Shown here in pieces: positions 1-3,140 of a DNA stretch of 3,140 nt. The position numbers and the translations under genes were made by a program. Source of the DNA: a virus (lineage: Duplodnaviria > Heunggongvirae > Uroviricota > Caudoviricetes). The notes under the pieces are model-generated. The model saw only the letters and a program-made list of their open reading frames with translations. It searched no databases and was not told the origin of the DNA. Within the stretch, counting starts at the first letter, position 1; each line of letters opens with the position of its first letter. The stretch is taken from IMG/VR virus record IMGVR_UViG_2778261511_000014, positions 1 through 3,140 of that record. The stretch is one strand, 5' to 3'.

Positions 1-822
1 GCGACGCCCGTTCGTTACGATGCCCGTTCGGTCAGCACCGGTATTGCCGGACGTAGTCTGACCGCTGACCTGATTGACTGTGCAGCCGAACCGACACAGT
101 TTAACGGACGATCGCTGGTACAGATTGCGCAGGCGCTTGCTGCGCCTTTCGGCATTGAGGTGGTGAACAACGGTGCGCCGTCGGGCGTTATTCCTGATGT
201 CCAGCCTGATCACGGCGAAACGGTGATTGAGGTGATCAACAAAATACTCGGTCAGCAGCAGGCACTGACTTACGACGACCCGCACGGCAGGCTGGTGATT
301 GGCGGTATTGGCTCAACGCGGGCACATACCGCGCTGGTACTCGGGGAAAACATCCTTTCCTGCGATACGGAGAAGAGTATCCAGGAGCGATTTTCTGTTT
401 ACCAGGTGGCGGGGCAGCGTGCCGGAAACGACGATGATTTCGGTGAGGCCACCACCACCGCGCTGCGGGCCCGCACAGAGGACGCATTTATTTCCCGTTA
501 CCGTCCGATGTATATCAGGCAGACAGGGCAGGCCACGGGGGCAGGCTCTGATTTGTATGTATTCAGGCCGGTGGCGCACAAAGTGGATTTTCATATCCGC
601 GTGACGCCGGACACACCGGAAATACGGGCTGCCATCACCGCGGAGTTGCGTTCATTCCTGCTGCGTGATGGTTATCCGCAGGGAGAGCTTAAGGTATCGC
701 GTATCAGTGAAGCGATTTCCGGTGCGAACGGGGAATACAGCCATCAGTTGCTTGCTCCGGCGGACAATATCTCCATTGCAAAAAATGAACTGGCGGTTCT
801 GGGGACGATTTCATGGACGTGA
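1..822 (+). CDS. Phage baseplate assembly protein, baseplate J-like (Mu gp47 / P2 gpJ family); 3' portion only, 5' end lies upstream of the window
   Basis: The frame that starts at position 1 is open with no stop until TGA at 820-822, so the ORF-track start at 160 (a GTG) is only an internal codon and the gene enters from upstream. Composition is GC-rich, as in the neighbouring structural genes. The gene sits directly upstream of, and overlaps by 10 nt, a DUF2313/gpI-like gene, which is the conserved position of the gpJ-like baseplate wedge gene in Mu- and P2-type tail clusters. The family assignment rests on synteny and general character of the translation, not on a recognised motif. Confidence 0.6.
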   Translation, partial: ATPVRYDARSVSTGIAGRSLTADLIDCAAEPTQFNGRSLVQIAQALAAPFGIEVVNNGAPSGVIPDVQPDHGETVIEVINKILGQQQALTYDDPHGRLVIGGIGSTRAHTALVLGENILSCDTEKSIQERFSVYQVAGQRAGNDDDFGEATTTALRARTEDAFISRYRPMYIRQTGQATGAGSDLYVFRPVAHKVDFHIRVTPDTPEIRAAITAELRSFLLRDGYPQGELKVSRISEAISGANGEYSHQLLAPADNISIAKNELAVLGTISWT

Positions 823-1397
823 CAAACGATGATTACATCCGTCTGTTGTCGGCACTGTTGCCCCCTGGTCCGGCGTGGTCAGCCAGCGATCCGGCGATTG
901 CCGGTGCGGCACCGTTATTAACCCGTGCTCATCAGCGTGCGGATGCCCTGATGCGGGAGCTGGATCCGCGCACCACCACCGAACTGATAAACCGCTGGGA
1001 GCGTCTGTGCGGCCTGCCGGATGAATGTATTCCGGCAGGGACGCAGACCCTTCGCCAGCGTCAGCAACGGCTGGATGCGAAGGTTAACCTGGCGGGTGGC
1101 ATCAATGAGGATTTTTACCTTGCGCAGCTTGCTGCCCTGGGCAGACCAGATGCCACCATCACGCGATACGACAAAAGCACGTTCACCTGCTCATCGGCCT
1201 GTACTGACGCGGTGAATGCGCCGGAATGGCGGTATTACTGGCAGATCAACATGCCAGCCGCCACCAACACCACCTGGATGACATGTGGCGATCCCTGTGA
1301 TTCCGCGCTGCGTATCTGGGGTGACACCGTTGTCGAGTGTGTGCTTAACAAACTCTGCCCGTCGCATACCTACGTAATTTTTAAATATCCGGAGTAA
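813..1397 (+). CDS. ymfQ: Phage baseplate/tail protein, DUF2313 family (YmfQ-like; P2 gpI / Mu gp48-like)
   Basis: 194-aa ORF from ATG 813 to TAA 1395-1397. The N-terminus [23 protein letters not shown] carries the Y-x-R-L-L-x-x-LLP-x-G-x-AW signature I associate with DUF2313 proteins. The length matches what I recall for E. coli e14 YmfQ. The start overlaps the stop of the upstream gene (ATGGACGTGA, 813-822), and a weak Shine-Dalgarno-like GGGGA sits at 801-805. Confidence 0.75.
   Translation: MDVTNDDYIRLLSALLPPGPAWSASDPAIAGAAPLLTRAHQRADALMRELDPRTTTELINRWERLCGLPDECIPAGTQTLRQRQQRLDAKVNLAGGINEDFYLAQLAALGRPDATITRYDKSTFTCSSACTDAVNAPEWRYYWQINMPAATNTTWMTCGDPCDSALRIWGDTVVECVLNKLCPSHTYVIFKYPE
1391..1394 (+). 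promoter_or_regulatory. Shine-Dalgarno sequence for the tail fibre gene
   Basis: GGAG lies 6 nt upstream of ATG 1401, immediately after the DUF2313 gene coding region and overlapping its stop region. Confidence 0.5.
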
Positions 1398-1400
1398 TCC

Positions 1401-2147
1401 ATGCATCGTATAGACACGAAAACCGCGCAGAAGGATAAGTTCGGCGCGGGTAAGAACGGTTTTACCCGTGGTAACCCCCAGACCGGCACGCCTGCCACCG
1501 ATCTGGATGATGACTACTTTGACATGTTGCAGGAAGAGCTTTGTGGCGTGGTGGAGGCATCCGGTGCCAGCCTGGAGAAGGGGCGAAACGACCAGTTGCT
1601 TACCGCGCTTCGTGCTCTGCTGTTAAGCCGCAAGAATCCGTTTGGTGATATCAAATCGGATGGCACGGTGAAAACGGCTCTCGAAAACCTTGGTTTGGGA
1701 GAAGGTGCTCCAGCTATTGGCGTTCCGTTCTTCTGGCCCTCCGCGGCAATGCCAAATACTGTAATCGACAGCTGGTCCGGTATGGTGTTTTTGAAGTTCA
1801 ACGGGGCGAAATTTTCTGCCTCTGATTACCCTGTGCTGGCGAAAGTGTTTCCTTCGCTGGTATTACCTGAAGCCCGCGGTGATTTCATTCGTATCTGGGA
1901 TGACGGGCGAGGTGCAGATGGTGGTCGCGAATTATTAAGCTGGCAGGAAGCTACAAACTTTTCTCAGTTTGCCGGGAATATAGGCGGAGGTGCGGGACAC
2001 GCAATTAACTTTCATGATGGCATCGCCGGAAATCAGCCAGGATTTTCACGATTTAATTTCACCAGTAACTCTGTGGGTGATGGTGTGAGTTTTGTTGCTG
2101 TCAGACCGCGAAATATTACATTTAACTTTCTGGTGAGGGCTAAATAA
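1401..2147 (+). CDS. Short tail fibre protein: N-terminal constant (baseplate-attachment) region fused to a C-terminal variable region with a tail-collar-like receptor-binding domain
   Basis: 248-aa ORF from ATG 1401 to TAA 2145-2147, preceded by GGAG (1391-1394) with a 6-nt spacer. Residues around 110-160 ([44 protein letters not shown]) match the pattern of the phage tail collar domain, in which a Pro/Trp-rich stretch is followed by N-G and Y-P-x-L motifs. A candidate invertase crossover site lies in-frame at codons 93-101 ([10 protein letters not shown]). The gene is followed by a tfa chaperone gene with a TAATG stop/start overlap, as in Mu S-U, P2 H-G and e14 stf-tfa. Confidence 0.8.
   Translation: MHRIDTKTAQKDKFGAGKNGFTRGNPQTGTPATDLDDDYFDMLQEELCGVVEASGASLEKGRNDQLLTALRALLLSRKNPFGDIKSDGTVKTALENLGLGEGAPAIGVPFFWPSAAMPNTVIDSWSGMVFLKFNGAKFSASDYPVLAKVFPSLVLPEARGDFIRIWDDGRGADGGRELLSWQEATNFSQFAGNIGGGAGHAINFHDGIAGNQPGFSRFNFTSNSVGDGVSFVAVRPRNITFNFLVRAK
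1678..1703. other. Candidate site-specific DNA inversion crossover site (Hin/Gin/Cin/Pin serine-invertase type) inside the tail fibre gene
   Basis: The sequence is CTCTCGAAAACC-TT-GGTTTGGGAGAA: two 12-bp imperfect inverted half-sites (CTCTCGAAAACC and TTCTCCCAAACC when read inward) flank a 2-bp core TT at 1690-1691. The AAACC-NN-GGTTT centre matches the crossover sites of the gix/hix/cix/pix family as I recall them. It lies about 95 codons into a tail fibre gene, the position where these systems join a constant N-terminus to alternative C-termini. Confidence 0.55.
2135..2139 (+). promoter_or_regulatory. Shine-Dalgarno sequence for tfa, embedded in the 3' end of the fibre gene
   Basis: GAGGG lies 7 nt upstream of ATG 2147. 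The fibre stop and tfa start overlap as TAATG (2145-2149), consistent with translational coupling. Confidence 0.5.
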
Positions 2148-2740
2148 TGAAACCTGTTTTTGATGAAAATGGGCTGGCTACAGTGCCGGGCGATATGCGT
2201 TGTTTTTATTATGATGCTGAAACATCTGAGTATACGGGCTGGTCTGATGAATATATTAATACTGGCGTAAGTATGCCCGCCTGTTCCACTGGTATTGACC
2301 CGGGCGAATACATTCCGGGGAAAGTGGCAGTATTTACGGGTAAGGGATGGAGCCATGAAGAAGACCACCGCAATAAGACTGTTTACTCAATCGAAAATGG
2401 CGCAGCTGTTACAGTGGATTATATCGGTGCCATCAAAGACGGTTATGTCACGATTTCAGCGTTAACGCCATACGATAAATGGGATGGTGAGAAATGGGTG
2501 ACAGACACTGAGGCACAACACAGTGCCGCAGTAGACGCGGCAGAAGCACAGCGCCAGTCACTGATTGATGCAGCAATGGCTTCCATTAGTCTGATTCAGC
2601 TGAAATTACAGGCCGGACGGAAACTGACTCAGGCAGAAACAACCCGACTTAACGCCGTGCTGGATTACATTGACGCGGTGACGGCAACAGATACCAGCAC
2701 CGCGCCGGATGTCATCTGGCCTGAACTGCCGGAGGCGTAG
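2147..2740 (+). CDS. Tail fibre assembly chaperone (Tfa; lambda Tfa / Mu U / P2 gpG family)
   Basis: 197-aa ORF from ATG 2147 to TAG 2738-2740, with GAGGG (2135-2139) 7 nt upstream. The C-terminus LNAVLDYIDAVTATDTSTAPDVIWPELPEA is the hallmark conserved C-terminal motif of Tfa chaperones (lambda Tfa ends ...[13 protein letters not shown]...). Size and position resemble e14 TfaE as far as I recall, but I cannot confirm that identity. Confidence 0.85.
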   Translation: MKPVFDENGLATVPGDMRCFYYDAETSEYTGWSDEYINTGVSMPACSTGIDPGEYIPGKVAVFTGKGWSHEEDHRNKTVYSIENGAAVTVDYIGAIKDGYVTISALTPYDKWDGEKWVTDTEAQHSAAVDAAEAQRQSLIDAAMASISLIQLKLQAGRKLTQAETTRLNAVLDYIDAVTATDTSTAPDVIWPELPEA

Positions 2741-3140
2741 GCCATTCAATATCGGGTGCTGTTGACGTATCAACACGCATCAGCAGCACACGGTATTTCT
2801 TCCATTGGGTGAGAGTTGTAGCTTCTTCATAAGTTGCGATATCAGCATCAACAGCATCCTGACGCCAGGATATTTCACTGTCAGCTTTTTCCCGTAATTG
2901 GGATTTTTTAACTTCAGCAATAGCTATTAATTCCTTTTTGGTCGGCTGAGGAATATCTATCAGTGCTGGTTTTCCATTCAGTGTTCCAATCTGTTTTCCT
3001 GGTGGAATATCCATAAATAACTTTTTATGTTCTTCCTCACTGACTATTACACCATCATCAGGCCACAGACCTGATGCCTCAAATTTTTCTTTCTCCGATA
3101 TGGGGAAAAAGCCATTTGCTTTAGCGCTCCATACGTACAT
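2712..3140 (-). CDS. Second tail fibre assembly chaperone (Tfa family), convergent with the first; the alternative (currently unexpressed-orientation) partner of an invertible fibre module
   Basis: Minus-strand ORF of 142 aa ending at TGA (complement of 2712-2714). The C-terminus [30 protein letters not shown] closely resembles the lambda Tfa C-terminus ([22 protein letters not shown]). The N-terminus [14 protein letters not shown] resembles the typical Tfa N-terminal YSAKxNxFYP motif, so the ATG at 3138-3140 may be the true start; because it sits exactly on the window edge, a longer 5' extension cannot be excluded. The region is AT-rich compared with the left half of the window. Confidence 0.8.
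   Translation of the reverse strand: [142 protein letters not shown]

Larger units (their letters stand above)
1692..3140. other. Left portion of a putative invertible host-range segment (fibre variable region + tfa, then convergent tfa'); right boundary outside the window
   Basis: This is inferred from the crossover-like site at 1678-1703 together with the convergent pair of tfa genes. The arrangement variable-fibre + tfa facing tfa' (with the alternative fibre variable region presumably beyond 3140) is the architecture of the Mu G, P1 C and e14 P invertible segments. Confidence 0.45.

Noticed and set aside
236-604. Three overlapping ORFs inside the baseplate gene (236-487 -, 299-604 +, 313-594 -)
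   Set aside because: Their translations are Arg/Pro/Gly/Cys-rich and low in complexity, typical of off-frame or antisense reading of GC-rich coding DNA. They have no Shine-Dalgarno sequence and are fully nested in a better-supported gene.
1082-1089. Perfect 8-bp palindrome GGTTAACC
   Set aside because: It is the size of a restriction site, lies inside coding sequence, and has no flanking symmetry.
1021-1406. ORFs 1021-1215 (+) and 1191-1406 (-) nested in the DUF2313 gene
   Set aside because: Same reasoning: Arg-rich off-frame products, no ribosome-binding site, and complete overlap with a gene that has a recognisable family signature.
1637-1660. Near-palindrome ATCCGTTTGGTGATATCAAATCGGAT centred on GATATC, about 20 bp upstream of the crossover-like site
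   Set aside because: It is symmetric at only about 15 of 24 positions and lacks the AAACC/GGTTT core. It could be an accessory or pseudo-site, but chance symmetry in coding sequence is equally plausible.
2144-2170. Invertase-site-like half-site at the tfa start (ATGAAACCTGTTTTTGATGA resembles the GGTTTTTGATAA half of hix/gix-type sites)
   Set aside because: Only one half-site is convincing. There is no symmetric partner on the left, and the spacing differs from the 12-2-12 layout. Most likely it is a chance match in the codons for MKPVFDE.
1514-2368. Antisense ORFs 1514-1801 (-) and 2033-2368 (-) across the fibre and tfa genes
   Set aside because: They lie antisense to two well-supported genes and the translations have no recognisable motif. 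The second spans the fibre/tfa junction, which argues against it being a real gene.
2738-2760. Looked for an intrinsic terminator between the convergent tfa genes
   Set aside because: The two genes overlap by 29 bp, so there is no intergenic space, and no GC-rich stem followed by a T-run is visible.
1-3140. Looked for CRISPR repeats, tRNA or rRNA genes, IS or transposon terminal inverted repeats, and toxin-antitoxin or defence-system-like small gene pairs
   Set aside because: There are no direct repeat arrays, no tRNA-like cloverleaf candidates and no terminal inverted repeats. The coding capacity is fully accounted for by the five tail-related genes.

Overview
This window reads as one contiguous piece of a phage or prophage tail-morphogenesis (late) operon of the Mu / P2 / e14 type. 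On the + strand it holds the 3' part of a baseplate J-like gene, a DUF2313 (YmfQ / P2 gpI-like) baseplate gene, a short tail fibre gene and a tail fibre assembly chaperone gene (tfa). A second tfa gene runs convergently on the - strand at the right edge. The most interesting signal is a 26-bp imperfect palindrome inside the fibre gene (1678-1703) that resembles the crossover sites used by Hin/Gin/Cin/Pin DNA invertases. Together with the convergent spare tfa gene, this suggests that everything right of about 1690 is the left part of an invertible host-range segment; the second crossover site, the alternative fibre C-terminus and the invertase gene would lie beyond the right edge. I see no rRNA, tRNA, CRISPR array, transposon end or intrinsic terminator, and nothing that looks like a novel defence or toxin system. 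All homology calls are from reading the translations and recalling family characteristics; no database search was run.
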